A stretch of DNA of 64,000 nt, taken from a virus (Duplodnaviria; Caudoviricetes). The stretch is taken from IMG/VR virus record IMGVR_UViG_3300035698_013504, positions 1 to 64,000 of that record; one strand, 5' to 3'. The notes under the pieces are model-generated. The model was not told the origin of the DNA. It did not search any database and saw only the letters and a program-made list of their open reading frames with translations. This document shows, piece after piece, positions 35,999 through 45,924 of this stretch; within the stretch, counting starts at the first letter, position 1, and each line of letters begins with the position of its first letter. The position numbers and the translations under genes are program-made.

Positions 35999-37189
35999 AT
36001 GACTGAGGAAACGCCCGTACCCGACGAGAAGCCTGTAGAGGATGTATTCGCGGCGGATATCGTTGATATCCCGGATATTCCTTTGCCGGATATTAGCGCA
36101 CAGGAAGTCCCCATCTCCGATAACTTCGACGCGGCTTTTCGCGTTGCAATCATCGGTGTAGGCCAGGGCGGTTCTCGTATCGCCGAGACGTTCTACAAGA
36201 TGGGTTACCGCAAGGTCTGCGTGGTTAACACAGCGTTGCAGGACCTGGGCGGCATTGACATCCCCGACACCAACAAACTGGCGATTGGTACGCACGGGGC
36301 GGGTAAGGACCCGTCGAAAGCGCGCGCGATCTTCCAGACCAAGGAGAGCGATGTCTACGACCTTATGCGGCGTAGCTTTGGCTCTGAGTTTGACTGGATC
36401 CTCGTCTGCGCCGGTTCTGGAGGCGGCACAGGTGGTGGCATCTTGCTAGACACCGTCAGGCTGTCTCACGAGCTCATGCGTACGCTTAAGCTAGAACCTG
36501 AAGGCACATGCCGGGTTGGCGCTGTTGTGGCCCTCCCAAAGAACAGCGAAGGCGTTAAGCCCTCAGCGAACAGCTTCCGTTTGATGAAGGAAGTCTTCCC
36601 GCTAGCTCTTGGGTCGAAGAAGCAGAAGCGATCGATCAGCCCGTTGATCATCATAGACAACGAGCAAATTCGACGCCTTTACCCCCGCGTGCCCGTTACG
36701 CAGCACTGGGAAATCGCGAACCGGAGCATCTGCTCGCTCTTCCATCTGTTCAACAGCATCTCTATTAAGCCGTCGAAGTTCACCTCGTTTGACCAGGCGG
36801 ACTTGGAGACAATCCTTACAAGTGGTATCCTTACGTTTGGCGCCACCCCGGTTGCGAAGTGGGATGGCCTCACGGATATCGCATTCGCGCTGCGTGACAA
36901 TCTCAGCAAGAACATCCTTGCCGCGACGTCTACGGCGGGTACGGTTGCTGGCGGTATCGTCATCGCAGGACAACAGATTCTTGAGCAGCTGCCTTCAGCC
37001 AACATTGAACACGGCTTTGAGCAGCTGACCCGTATGATGAAAGACGGCAGTATGCTCCATCAGGGCATCTACCCGGGTAGTAAGCCTACGCTGGTTGTTT
37101 ACACGGTGCTAGGCGGCTTGGACATTCCTGATGAGCGTATGTTGGAGCTGGAGACCGTCGGTCAGTTGCGTGATTGGGACGGAGCCTAA
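35999..37189 (+). CDS. tubulin/FtsZ-family GTPase (phage tubulin-like)
   Basis: IIGVGQGGSRIAE, VVNTALQD, GAGKDP, CAGSGGGTGGG signature, LIIIDNE, FDQADL. Confidence 0.88.
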   Translation: MTEETPVPDEKPVEDVFAADIVDIPDIPLPDISAQEVPISDNFDAAFRVAIIGVGQGGSRIAETFYKMGYRKVCVVNTALQDLGGIDIPDTNKLAIGTHGAGKDPSKARAIFQTKESDVYDLMRRSFGSEFDWILVCAGSGGGTGGGILLDTVRLSHELMRTLKLEPEGTCRVGAVVALPKNSEGVKPSANSFRLMKEVFPLALGSKKQKRSISPLIIIDNEQIRRLYPRVPVTQHWEIANRSICSLFHLFNSISIKPSKFTSFDQADLETILTSGILTFGATPVAKWDGLTDIAFALRDNLSKNILAATSTAGTVAGGIVIAGQQILEQLPSANIEHGFEQLTRMMKDGSMLHQGIYPGSKPTLVVYTVLGGLDIPDERMLELETVGQLRDWDGA

Positions 37190-38190
37190 TGTCTAACGAA
37201 CTTCTCACAGGTTCAGATATCAAGTATGATCTGAGAGCGCTAGTAGGGGAGTCTTCCCTGAAGCCACAGATACAGCGTGCGATCGATGCTGAACGTGTAA
37301 AATCGGAGAAGTTCACCCGAGGTTCAGCTATTCAAGACGATTTGAGGTCGCAGGTATTCGCATCTCCCTTGAAGCCAAAGATCCAAAATGCGATTGATAC
37401 CGAGCACGCTCAAACGTTAGAGGAGTTGAACACACGCGAGCCTGTAGAGGGTACGACACTAGGTGAAATTCGCAAAGGGTATCGTCGGTGGATGGCCTCG
37501 TCGCCTATGCACGCAGGTTTGGCGCACGGCGTTCCACTTGCCCTTCTTGGTTACTTTGGTCTCCCCGCGCTCTTGAAGAGAATCTTCGGAAAGGGTAACA
37601 TCCATACGGGCAGGTCTCGTATTGTTGGCGGTGTCCTCGGCGGTCTTGCAGGAGCTATTCCGGGTTCGCTTATGTACAACGATCGGCAGACAGACCCTGA
37701 ACGTGATTGGTCGCCGTCAGAGGCGTTGCTAGAGCCCAGTGCGGACCTGATATCGAAGGAAGGTTCGATCGGTAGCATCTTTGGGATGGAGAGTAGCGCG
37801 ACCCGCGGTGTTATCGGATATACAGCTCCACCGGCGCATACGCTGCGCGGCCCGGTTACGCAAGACTTTATGGATCGTCCTTCGGTCGGTATAAGTACAG
37901 CCTTGGCCACGATTGAAATGGACAAGAACCTTTCTCCTGGACAACAGCTACAGGCAAAGGCTACAGTACAACTAGCAGCACAACAGGCTAACCAGACTCG
38001 GAAGGGCGGCCTGATCTCGACGAACAACCTGATTAACAGCGTCATTGGCGGCGGTGTTGGTTATGTAGCAGGCAGGGCCGGAGGCGCCGTACTAGGAACC
38101 TTCTTCGGTCTTTCGCCTAGGATACAAAGACGGCTGGCTCAGGCTGGCATGGTAGCTGGGATAGCACGAGCGACAGGGATATGGCAATGA
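37189..38190 (+). CDS. Gly-rich hydrophobic hypothetical protein
   Basis: TAATG overlap; GxxxG-rich helices. Confidence 0.7.
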   Translation: MSNELLTGSDIKYDLRALVGESSLKPQIQRAIDAERVKSEKFTRGSAIQDDLRSQVFASPLKPKIQNAIDTEHAQTLEELNTREPVEGTTLGEIRKGYRRWMASSPMHAGLAHGVPLALLGYFGLPALLKRIFGKGNIHTGRSRIVGGVLGGLAGAIPGSLMYNDRQTDPERDWSPSEALLEPSADLISKEGSIGSIFGMESSATRGVIGYTAPPAHTLRGPVTQDFMDRPSVGISTALATIEMDKNLSPGQQLQAKATVQLAAQQANQTRKGGLISTNNLINSVIGGGVGYVAGRAGGAVLGTFFGLSPRIQRRLAQAGMVAGIARATGIWQ

Positions 38191-38567
38191 CACTACGACA
38201 AGCATTCAAAGCAGGCTTCCTCTTGAAATTCGCCGAACTTGGAGTTACCCCCGACGAGGTAACAACGATGATTAAGGCTGGCGATGGTGCTGATCCTATT
38301 CTGGAGGCCCTCAGGGGTGCGTGGTCTGGCACAAAGTCAGCTGTCGGCGGCGCCACGGATTTGGGCATGCTCGCGTTGCTTGGCCTACCGCCTCTCGTTG
38401 GTGTAACCGGCGGCATGCTTGCGAGTAAGTTCACAGGTCCAGACGATGCTGACATCGAGTTGGCGAAGAAGAAGCTGAAGCTCATGCGGTATCAGCAGAT
38501 GATAAACGAAGTCAATCAGCGGCGCCTGATGAGTCAGAAGGACAGAAGCGGCGACAATATGTTCTAG
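38187..38567 (+). CDS. small membrane-type hypothetical protein
   Basis: One TM segment plus coiled tail. Confidence 0.7.
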   Translation: MTLRQAFKAGFLLKFAELGVTPDEVTTMIKAGDGADPILEALRGAWSGTKSAVGGATDLGMLALLGLPPLVGVTGGMLASKFTGPDDADIELAKKKLKLMRYQQMINEVNQRRLMSQKDRSGDNMF

Positions 38568-38587
38568 ACCTTTTGGAGTGATTACCG

Positions 38588-38986
38588 ATGGCGGTTAAAC
38601 ACGAATGTACCGAAGAGACGGAAGAAACTAGGCACGAGACAGCGGACGGGATGAAAATACCGCCGATACCTCTTGACCCGGAGGAAGTGTTGGTTGCTGC
38701 GGGTAAGATACATTTTCCTGGACTGAATGGACACCCATATCTGGGCACAGCTATCCCAGATATCAAGGAAGATGACCCGCGGTCAGCCAAGCCGCAGCTC
38801 GCACCGCTCACGTACGCACGCGTATTCAACATGGGTAAGCCTGAGCATCTGGCCGCCTACGAGAAGATCAGCCAGAGGGCCGCACAGCGGAGATCACAGA
38901 TTTCGTTTGAGGAGCGCGAGTTTTCATCTGTACATGATACTTGGCTCATCCTCATACGCTGGACAGACTACTACTACATGTCTTAG
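38588..38986 (+). CDS. hypothetical protein
   Basis: GGAG RBS; operon context. Confidence 0.65.
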   Translation: MAVKHECTEETEETRHETADGMKIPPIPLDPEEVLVAAGKIHFPGLNGHPYLGTAIPDIKEDDPRSAKPQLAPLTYARVFNMGKPEHLAAYEKISQRAAQRRSQISFEEREFSSVHDTWLILIRWTDYYYMS

Positions 38987-39001
38987 AGATGCGAGAGAAC
39001 A

Positions 39002-40105
39002 ATGACAGAGACCTGGAACGATGAAGACCGAAAAGCGATAATCGACCACCTACGCGAGCGTGTTGGTCCTGACGTATCCAATAACGGGCCGGACGCGCAA
39101 ACGGAGATGATTGATAGTTTGCTCAACAGCCCGGCGGGCCAGGCGCGCCTTACGCGGTATATGAAGGGGTACAACGATCGACAGACGGCCGGGTATGACC
39201 AGGACCGTGATGACCACTTCGCCACACAGAATCGCGACTCTTTGGCACAAGGCAACCTGTGGTTGCGTAACGGAGCTATTGGCGCCGCCTTGGCCGGTAG
39301 TGGGTTTGCGCTCTACAAGCTGTTGATGAAGAAGCGTCCCGAAGACATCGTTGAGGAGGAAGGCATGGGCGCGATGCCCGGCACTTCTTTCGTGAACATG
39401 CCGTGGGCGAAGGCGGCCTCAGCAGAGAAGACCGCAGGTCTCCTGGAGGTACTGCAGCGGTGGGCCCTACCTGTAGGGGCCGGGGTCTACTTCAAGAAAG
39501 ACATAGGAAATGCCGTCAACCGCGGCGTTGGGCACATAAAGACGATGGATAAGCCCAAGCATCCCATGCATCACTCGATGATGTGGCCCGCGCTAGGTCT
39601 TGGTGTTCCGGCCATTGCCGGTCTTGCGTATATGCTGACTAACAAAGGCATCACGATGTCGAGGCATAGTTCAACCGATGAGCAGCTCGCGGCGGTGAAG
39701 GAGCAGTTGCGGCAAACACTCACTGGCGAGTATAACGCGGGTGAAGAGAAGGAGAGCGCCCAGATGCTCGATAAACTCGCAGCGTCATGGGAGCGCGGTG
39801 AACTCTTTGAGAAGCAAGCCGACCCAGAAGCGGCTGACGTTAACCCGCAAGACGTCGAGGATGAGATGCGCAATAGAGCCGTGCCCCCGACCGACAGTCC
39901 CCTACAGGGCTTGTGGGGTTCGGGTAAAGGCGCTGCGGCTTTGTTGGCTGCTGGGCTGCTCCTGACGTCCTTCTCTGCCTCCAAGTCGTTCTTCGACAAG
40001 TCCGATCCGAATCGAGCGAAGACGAAGGCGCTGAGAGACGCGCTACGTCAACGCATGAGACTCTCGCAGCCGAACCTTCAGCTCATGTCGCCCGAAGCCG
40101 TGTAA
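39002..40105 (+). CDS. multi-hydrophobic-segment virion-type protein with KxA motifs
   Basis: WAKAASAEKTAG, FEKQAD; several Gly/Ala-rich helices. Confidence 0.7.
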   Translation: MTETWNDEDRKAIIDHLRERVGPDVSNNGPDAQTEMIDSLLNSPAGQARLTRYMKGYNDRQTAGYDQDRDDHFATQNRDSLAQGNLWLRNGAIGAALAGSGFALYKLLMKKRPEDIVEEEGMGAMPGTSFVNMPWAKAASAEKTAGLLEVLQRWALPVGAGVYFKKDIGNAVNRGVGHIKTMDKPKHPMHHSMMWPALGLGVPAIAGLAYMLTNKGITMSRHSSTDEQLAAVKEQLRQTLTGEYNAGEEKESAQMLDKLAASWERGELFEKQADPEAADVNPQDVEDEMRNRAVPPTDSPLQGLWGSGKGAAALLAAGLLLTSFSASKSFFDKSDPNRAKTKALRDALRQRMRLSQPNLQLMSPEAV

Positions 40106-40127
40106 TAGACAATGGAGCCATACCTAG

Positions 40128-43100
40128 ATGCCCAAGATTCTCGGAGAGGACATCTTTTCGTTCGATGATATCCCGGCCGCACGTAAAGATATCTTCGCTC
40201 GTACCCTCTCGGCTTTTCAGGGAAAATACCCCATTGAGAACTCGAGGTACAAACTTCGGCTGCAGAACCTGCGGTACGACAAGCCCAAAGACTTTTCACT
40301 AAGCGATCAGAAGAAGGCGCTACTCCAGCACGGTTCACTCTCTCACAGACTTAAGGGTACGTGGACGCTGGAGGACAAAGCTGGTCAGGTGGTTGACGCG
40401 GCAGAGCGTGTTGTCGCACACGTGCCCTATATGACAAACCGGGGTACGTTTATCAACCAAGGTCGTGAATATACGATTACCAACCAGATGCGTCTTCGCC
40501 CTGGGGTGTACGCTCGTGAGAAAGAGAACGGAGCCCTTGAGGCTCACTTCAACGTCAAACCTGGATCAGGTTCCTCTTTCAGAGTTTACATGGAGCCTGA
40601 GACCGGTATCTTTCGTCTCAACATTCATCAGGCGACTCCGAAACTGTTTCCAGTCCTTCGGGCGATGGGTATTGACCGACGAGAACTCATCAAGTGGTGG
40701 GGAGAAGATATCGTCAGAGTCAACGAAGAAGCCGACGACCCTAGGGCCGTCAAGCGACTCCACGAGATCCTGACCCGCAAGCGCGCGAAGAAGGGCGTCG
40801 GCGACAACGAGGACGTAGCTAAGACTTTGCGCGAAGCTCTTGAAGCCATGGAGCTCGACGAAGAGACAACGACATCTACGCTCGGCGCCGCGTACAAGAA
40901 TGCGTCTGCTCCGGCCATCCTCCGCGCGACACAGAAGCTGCTTAACATCAGACACGGTAAGGAAGAGGCCGATGACCGAGACTCACTTCGATACCAAACC
41001 TTCCACACACCTGCAGACTTCTTTGCAGAGCGGGTTACCCTTGATGCCGGTCAGAAGTCCCGAAGACTTCTCTGGCGTTCAACCCTTCGGAGCGGGGTGC
41101 AGCACATCACGGGCGGGGCGCTTACCCCCCAGATGGAGAGCGTCCTTCTTCATTCAGGGCTAGGCCAGCCACTTGAGGAGATCAACCCCCTCGACATCCA
41201 CGATCAGCGCCACCGAGTTGTACGTTTAGGTGAGGGCGGTATCTCTTCAATCGATAGAATCCCCGAAGAGAGTCGTAATGTGCAACCGTCCTACTTCGGC
41301 CTCATTGACCCCATCCGTACCCCGGAGTCCATCAAGGTTGGTGTCGACAACCGCATTGCTCATCACACCTATTACGGCAAGGACGGTAAGTTCTACAGCC
41401 AGCTGCAGAACCCTAAGACCGGGGAGACAGAGTACGTTGACGCGGCAGAGATGTCGAAGTCTACGATCGCCTTCCCTGAGGAGATGGGGAAGAAGGGCAG
41501 CAAGGTCCGCGCCATGGTCGGCGGTTCCAGTGTTGAGTTCGTGGACAAGAAGGCTGTCGACTACATTCTTCCCACAAGCACACAGATGTTCAACTTCCAC
41601 TCCAACCTTGTCCCGTTTATCAGCGGTATCAAGGGTGGCCGCCTTCTCATGGGTTCCAAGTTCTTCAACCAAGCTCTTGCCCTTCGTGAGGGCGAGGCTC
41701 CGCTCGTTCAGGCCCTTGATCCTCACGAGACCGGTATCCGAGGCAAGGATACTAGCTTTGAGGATCTGGCGGGTACCAGCTTAGGCGCTGTGCATGCTAA
41801 GGATTCGGGGCAGGTCTTACGAGTTACGAAGGACGCTGTCTCAGTCAAACATGCAGACGGAAAGGTGAAGACGTATGACCTGTACAATAACTTCCCCTTC
41901 AACCGCAAAACCTTTATCCATAACACAGCGGTTGTGCAGCCGGGCGACGTCGTCAAACCAGGGCAGATACTTGCGCGGAGCAACTACACCGATAAGGGTG
42001 GCTCGCTCTCTATGGGGGTCAACCTCCGAACCGCTTATATGCCTTACAAAGGACTGAACTTCGAGGATGCGATTGTCATCTCCGAGGGCGCCGCGAAGAG
42101 GATGGCCAGTGAGCATATGTACAGCCGGGACATTGACGAGTCTGAGGGTGCAAAGGTAAGCCGTCGCAACTTCATCTCAATGTTCCCTACGAAGTACGAG
42201 AAGCCCCAGCTCGACACGATTGATGAAAACGGCGTGATCAAGCCCGGCACGACCGTGAAGAAGGGCGACCCGTTGATTCTCGGCGTAATGAAGCGCCCGG
42301 CTTCTAAGCTGTACCGCGGCGGTCGAGTCTCTATGTTCAAGGACATCTCAGTCGTATGGGACCACGAGGCTGACGGTGTAATCACCGACGTCGAGAAGAA
42401 AAAGGGCGGTTGGAACGTCATCGTCAAGTCTTACGAGCAGATGCAGGAGGGTGACAAGCTCTCTGGCCGCTACGGTGACAAGGGCGTGGTAGCCCGTATC
42501 GTCCCTGACGCACAGATGCCACACGGTAAGGACGGCGTCCCCTACGAGGTCTTACTTAACCCCCTCGGTATCGTCAGTCGTACTAACCCGAGCCAGATCT
42601 ACGAAGCGCTCCTCGGTAAGATTGCCCGCAAGCGCGGCGTACCCTATAAGGTGCCTGCGTTCATGGATAAGTCTCTTATCGACTACACTCGTAGAGAGAT
42701 GGCGCGACACAATGTCACCGACACCGAAGATCTCATTGATCCCATGACCGGTAAGAAGATTCCCGACGTATTGACTGGTGAGCGTTTCATCCTCAAGCTC
42801 CAGCACACAGCCGAAAGTAAGGGTAGTGGACGTTCACAGGCATCGTACACAACGGAAGGTCTTCCTGCGGGCGGTGGCGACGAAGGTGCGAAGAAGATTG
42901 GCCAGATGGCTTTGACCGCGCTTCTCTCTCACGGAGCCAGCGAGGTGATCCGTGATGCCGCCGTTGTACGCGGTCAGCGTAACGACGACTACTGGCGAGC
43001 TTTCCGCCTTGGGTACTCACCGCCCACACCCAAGGAGACCCTCGTCTACAAGAAGTTCCTTGACAGCCTCAAGGCAGCCGGTATTAACGTGTCGAAGAAG

Positions 43101-44507
43101 GGCAACGATGTTCACGTCTTTGCGCTCACCAACAATGACGTGAAGACTATGTCACACGGAGAGATCAAGTCCTCCGACACACTGGACCCGAAGAGTGGTC
43201 GCCCCATCCCGGGCGGCTTGTTTGACATGAAGACGACAGGTGGTGTTGGCGGCAACAACTGGGCGCACATCAAGCTGCCCGAGCCTATTTTGAATCCTGT
43301 CATGGAGAAGCCCGCGCAGGTTCTCCTCGGCATCACCGGCCCTAAGTTCATGAGTGTTGTGTCCGGTAAGACACCGCTGCACGGTAAGTATGGTGGGCAT
43401 GCGCTGGTAGAGGCCTTAAAGCGTATCAACGTCGACCAGGAGATCGAGCGCACACGACAGGAGGTGCGTACAGCCACGCAGACTAAGCGCGACCGGGCAG
43501 TCAAGAAGCTTGGCTACCTGAATGCGATGAAGAAGCATGGCGTGAGCCCGCAGGACTTCATGTTGAGCTCGGTCCCGGTACTTCCCCCGTCTTTCCGTCC
43601 GATCGTGATGCAGGACAAGATGAAGCTGGTTGCGCACCCCAACCTTCTGTATAAGGATCTGTTGGACGCGAAGCAGGACTTCACCGAGCTCTACCCCGAT
43701 GTAGGTGACGAGGGCGTTGGTGATGAGCGTCTACGCATCTACAACTCATTCAAGGCTGTTGCCGGGCTTGGCTCACCTGTATCCAGGAAGCTACAGGAGA
43801 AAAGTGTCCAAGGTCTCCTCGGTCACATCTTTGGCGGAAGCCCTAAGATGGGCGCCTTCCAGCGTAGAGTCCTCGGCATTCCTACTGACGTAGTAGGTCG
43901 AGCCGCGATTACACCGAACCCCTCGCTGAACATGGACCAGGTTGGTCTACCCGAGGAGAAGGCGTGGACGATCTACCGCCCCTTCATCATTCGTAAGCTG
44001 GTACGTAGAGGTATGCCCGCGGTCGCAGCAGCCAAGCTTGTTGCGAGCAAAGGTAAAGCCGCACACGCCGCGATGTTGGAAGTTGCGAGTGAGCGCCCCG
44101 TATTGATCAACCGCGCCCCCACGCTCCATAAGTTCGGTTTGATGGCCGCATGGCCTGTTATCGTTAAGGGTCACACGTTGCAGATTCCGCCGGTTATCGT
44201 CAGCGGGTTTAACGCCGACTTCGACGGCGATGCGATGAATTACCACGTCCCGGTAACGGATGAGGCGGTCAGGGAAGCAAAGGAGAAAATGCTCCCCAGT
44301 AGCAACCTTCTTTCGGTGTCAGACTTCAAAACTCACTACCACCCTAAGAATGAGTTCTTGCTTGGACTCTACCTTGCGAGTAAGATGAAGAAGAAGAAAC
44401 AACAGGCCAAGACGTTCAATACGAAGGAAGACGCGCTTAAGGCGTATGCGCGTGGCGAACTTACCGTAGATGACCCGGTCATCATTATGCAGGATGAAAA
44501 GTTATGA
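40128..44507 (+). CDS. multisubunit RNA polymerase, beta subunit fused to the N-terminal half of beta-prime (catalytic)
   Basis: beta motifs LLMGSKFFNQA, AYMPYKGLNFEDAIVIS, GDKLSGRYGDKG, LNPLGIVSRTN, GQMALTALLSHGA; then beta-prime motifs GGLFD, HIKLPEPILNP, PVLPPSFRP, PVLINRAPTLHK, FNADFDGDAM in one frame. Confidence 0.95.
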   Translation: MPKILGEDIFSFDDIPAARKDIFARTLSAFQGKYPIENSRYKLRLQNLRYDKPKDFSLSDQKKALLQHGSLSHRLKGTWTLEDKAGQVVDAAERVVAHVPYMTNRGTFINQGREYTITNQMRLRPGVYAREKENGALEAHFNVKPGSGSSFRVYMEPETGIFRLNIHQATPKLFPVLRAMGIDRRELIKWWGEDIVRVNEEADDPRAVKRLHEILTRKRAKKGVGDNEDVAKTLREALEAMELDEETTTSTLGAAYKNASAPAILRATQKLLNIRHGKEEADDRDSLRYQTFHTPADFFAERVTLDAGQKSRRLLWRSTLRSGVQHITGGALTPQMESVLLHSGLGQPLEEINPLDIHDQRHRVVRLGEGGISSIDRIPEESRNVQPSYFGLIDPIRTPESIKVGVDNRIAHHTYYGKDGKFYSQLQNPKTGETEYVDAAEMSKSTIAFPEEMGKKGSKVRAMVGGSSVEFVDKKAVDYILPTSTQMFNFHSNLVPFISGIKGGRLLMGSKFFNQALALREGEAPLVQALDPHETGIRGKDTSFEDLAGTSLGAVHAKDSGQVLRVTKDAVSVKHADGKVKTYDLYNNFPFNRKTFIHNTAVVQPGDVVKPGQILARSNYTDKGGSLSMGVNLRTAYMPYKGLNFEDAIVISEGAAKRMASEHMYSRDIDESEGAKVSRRNFISMFPTKYEKPQLDTIDENGVIKPGTTVKKGDPLILGVMKRPASKLYRGGRVSMFKDISVVWDHEADGVITDVEKKKGGWNVIVKSYEQMQEGDKLSGRYGDKGVVARIVPDAQMPHGKDGVPYEVLLNPLGIVSRTNPSQIYEALLGKIARKRGVPYKVPAFMDKSLIDYTRREMARHNVTDTEDLIDPMTGKKIPDVLTGERFILKLQHTAESKGSGRSQASYTTEGLPAGGGDEGAKKIGQMALTALLSHGASEVIRDAAVVRGQRNDDYWRAFRLGYSPPTPKETLVYKKFLDSLKAAGINVSKKGNDVHVFALTNNDVKTMSHGEIKSSDTLDPKSGRPIPGGLFDMKTTGGVGGNNWAHIKLPEPILNPVMEKPAQVLLGITGPKFMSVVSGKTPLHGKYGGHALVEALKRINVDQEIERTRQEVRTATQTKRDRAVKKLGYLNAMKKHGVSPQDFMLSSVPVLPPSFRPIVMQDKMKLVAHPNLLYKDLLDAKQDFTELYPDVGDEGVGDERLRIYNSFKAVAGLGSPVSRKLQEKSVQGLLGHIFGGSPKMGAFQRRVLGIPTDVVGRAAITPNPSLNMDQVGLPEEKAWTIYRPFIIRKLVRRGMPAVAAAKLVASKGKAAHAAMLEVASERPVLINRAPTLHKFGLMAAWPVIVKGHTLQIPPVIVSGFNADFDGDAMNYHVPVTDEAVREAKEKMLPSSNLLSVSDFKTHYHPKNEFLLGLYLASKMKKKKQQAKTFNTKEDALKAYARGELTVDDPVIIMQDEKL

Positions 44508-44767
44508 TGTTACTCGACGACATGTTTCTTCCAGAGCCGATGATTAAGGCCTCGCGCGCGTTCGATCAACTGCGCGTAGACCTGGCGTTCTCTTCCGCTA
44601 TTGAGAAGATATCCCGTAAGAAGTCGACGATCAGTGAAGCCGCCGAGAGGGTCGGTACAAAGGATAAGCCCGGCTTTAAGCTTTTGATGGATATGCGGAA
44701 AGACGACGAGAAACGTAAGAAGAAAAAGAAGAAGAAAAACAGACGCTCTCGACGTTCCAGGAGATAG
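44504..44767 (+). CDS. small basic protein
   Basis: ATGA overlap; K/R-rich C-terminus. Confidence 0.55.
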   Translation: MMLLDDMFLPEPMIKASRAFDQLRVDLAFSSAIEKISRKKSTISEAAERVGTKDKPGFKLLMDMRKDDEKRKKKKKKKNRRSRRSRR

Positions 44768-44998
44768 ATGTGCCCATCCCAAGCAACAGTCTGCTAACCT
44801 TCAAAATACGGAAGCCATTGACTCCAGAACGACTTCCTAAGAAAATAGGTATTGAAGATCAACGTGTATGGCAGCAGTTGTACGACGGCCTTGCTGCCTC
44901 AAAGCAACGTGTAGTATCGGCGCACACAACTGCTCGCCAGAAGGTCAAAGATCTTTTCAAACGTGCGAGTGCAATCTGAGCACAAGGAGGTTACACGT

Positions 44999-45673
44999 AT
45001 GTCGGGTATGAACGATAAGCTGTTAGATCAGCTGGAAGAGCGGTTTGAGAAGCAGAGCTTTGTCCCCATGGGCGCAGAAGGCGCCGCCGCTCCCCCGCCT
45101 ATGGATCCCGCTGGAGGCGCCGCGATGGCGTTGCCGCCCGGTATGCCTCCGATGGACCCGCAGATGATGGGCGGCGCGCCTCCCGGCATGCCTCCGATGC
45201 CCGGCGGTGACCCTGCCGCGATGGGTATGGACCCCGCCGCAATGGGCGGAGCCCCGGCTGAAGGCGGTGAGCAGGTTTCCGTTAGCATGGACGACCTTCG
45301 TCGCATGGTTCAAGAGATGGGTGGAGCAACCGCTGGTAGCGATCCTGCGGCCCCGGCCCCCGCTGGCGCCGACGTAAAGGGGCGTAAGGTTCAGCCCGAA
45401 GAACTCTCAAATAAGCTGGATGCGCTTAGCACTCGCTTCGACCAGTTGATTGGTGCGCTTACAGGTGGTGAGATGGGCGTACAACCCGCGCCGCCCCCCG
45501 ACGCTCTTGCTGGCGCTGACGGCAGTATGGCTGCACCTCCGGAAGAAACTGCGCCCGCACCCCCGCTGGACGAGATGATGGGCGCCCCGAAGGCCGCCAA
45601 CTTGAATGACGCCGTCAGTCGGTCTGTCGCCGGAATCGCCGCTCGTTTGCGCGCAAAGCTGCAACAGGAGTAG
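44999..45673 (+). CDS. Pro/Gly/Met-rich low-complexity protein
   Basis: AAGGAGG RBS; FEKQSF; PPGMPPM repeats. Confidence 0.7.
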   Translation: MSGMNDKLLDQLEERFEKQSFVPMGAEGAAAPPPMDPAGGAAMALPPGMPPMDPQMMGGAPPGMPPMPGGDPAAMGMDPAAMGGAPAEGGEQVSVSMDDLRRMVQEMGGATAGSDPAAPAPAGADVKGRKVQPEELSNKLDALSTRFDQLIGALTGGEMGVQPAPPPDALAGADGSMAAPPEETAPAPPLDEMMGAPKAANLNDAVSRSVAGIAARLRAKLQQE

Positions 45674-45675
45674 GC

Positions 45676-45924
45676 ATGAGGGTACGTGTACAGTCTGGAA
45701 GCATTTTAACATCAGCCCCGGTAGAATTACCGGATGTTGGCTCAGCTGTTGTCTATGACGATTACGGTCAGCCAATCGTTGTTGTTCAGAAGCAAGAAGA
45801 TGGGCAGATATTAATGGTGCGTGCTGGTGAGCCTAAGTTTCACGAGCTGCTCCGTATCCTAGGTATTGGGTTGAACGCTACGGTAACGGTTGGTTCCGTC
45901 CGTGACGGGAGGATTGAATCATGA
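45676..45924 (+). CDS. hypothetical protein
   Basis: AGGAG RBS; overlaps the next start. Confidence 0.6.
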   Translation: MRVRVQSGSILTSAPVELPDVGSAVVYDDYGQPIVVVQKQEDGQILMVRAGEPKFHELLRILGIGLNATVTVGSVRDGRIES

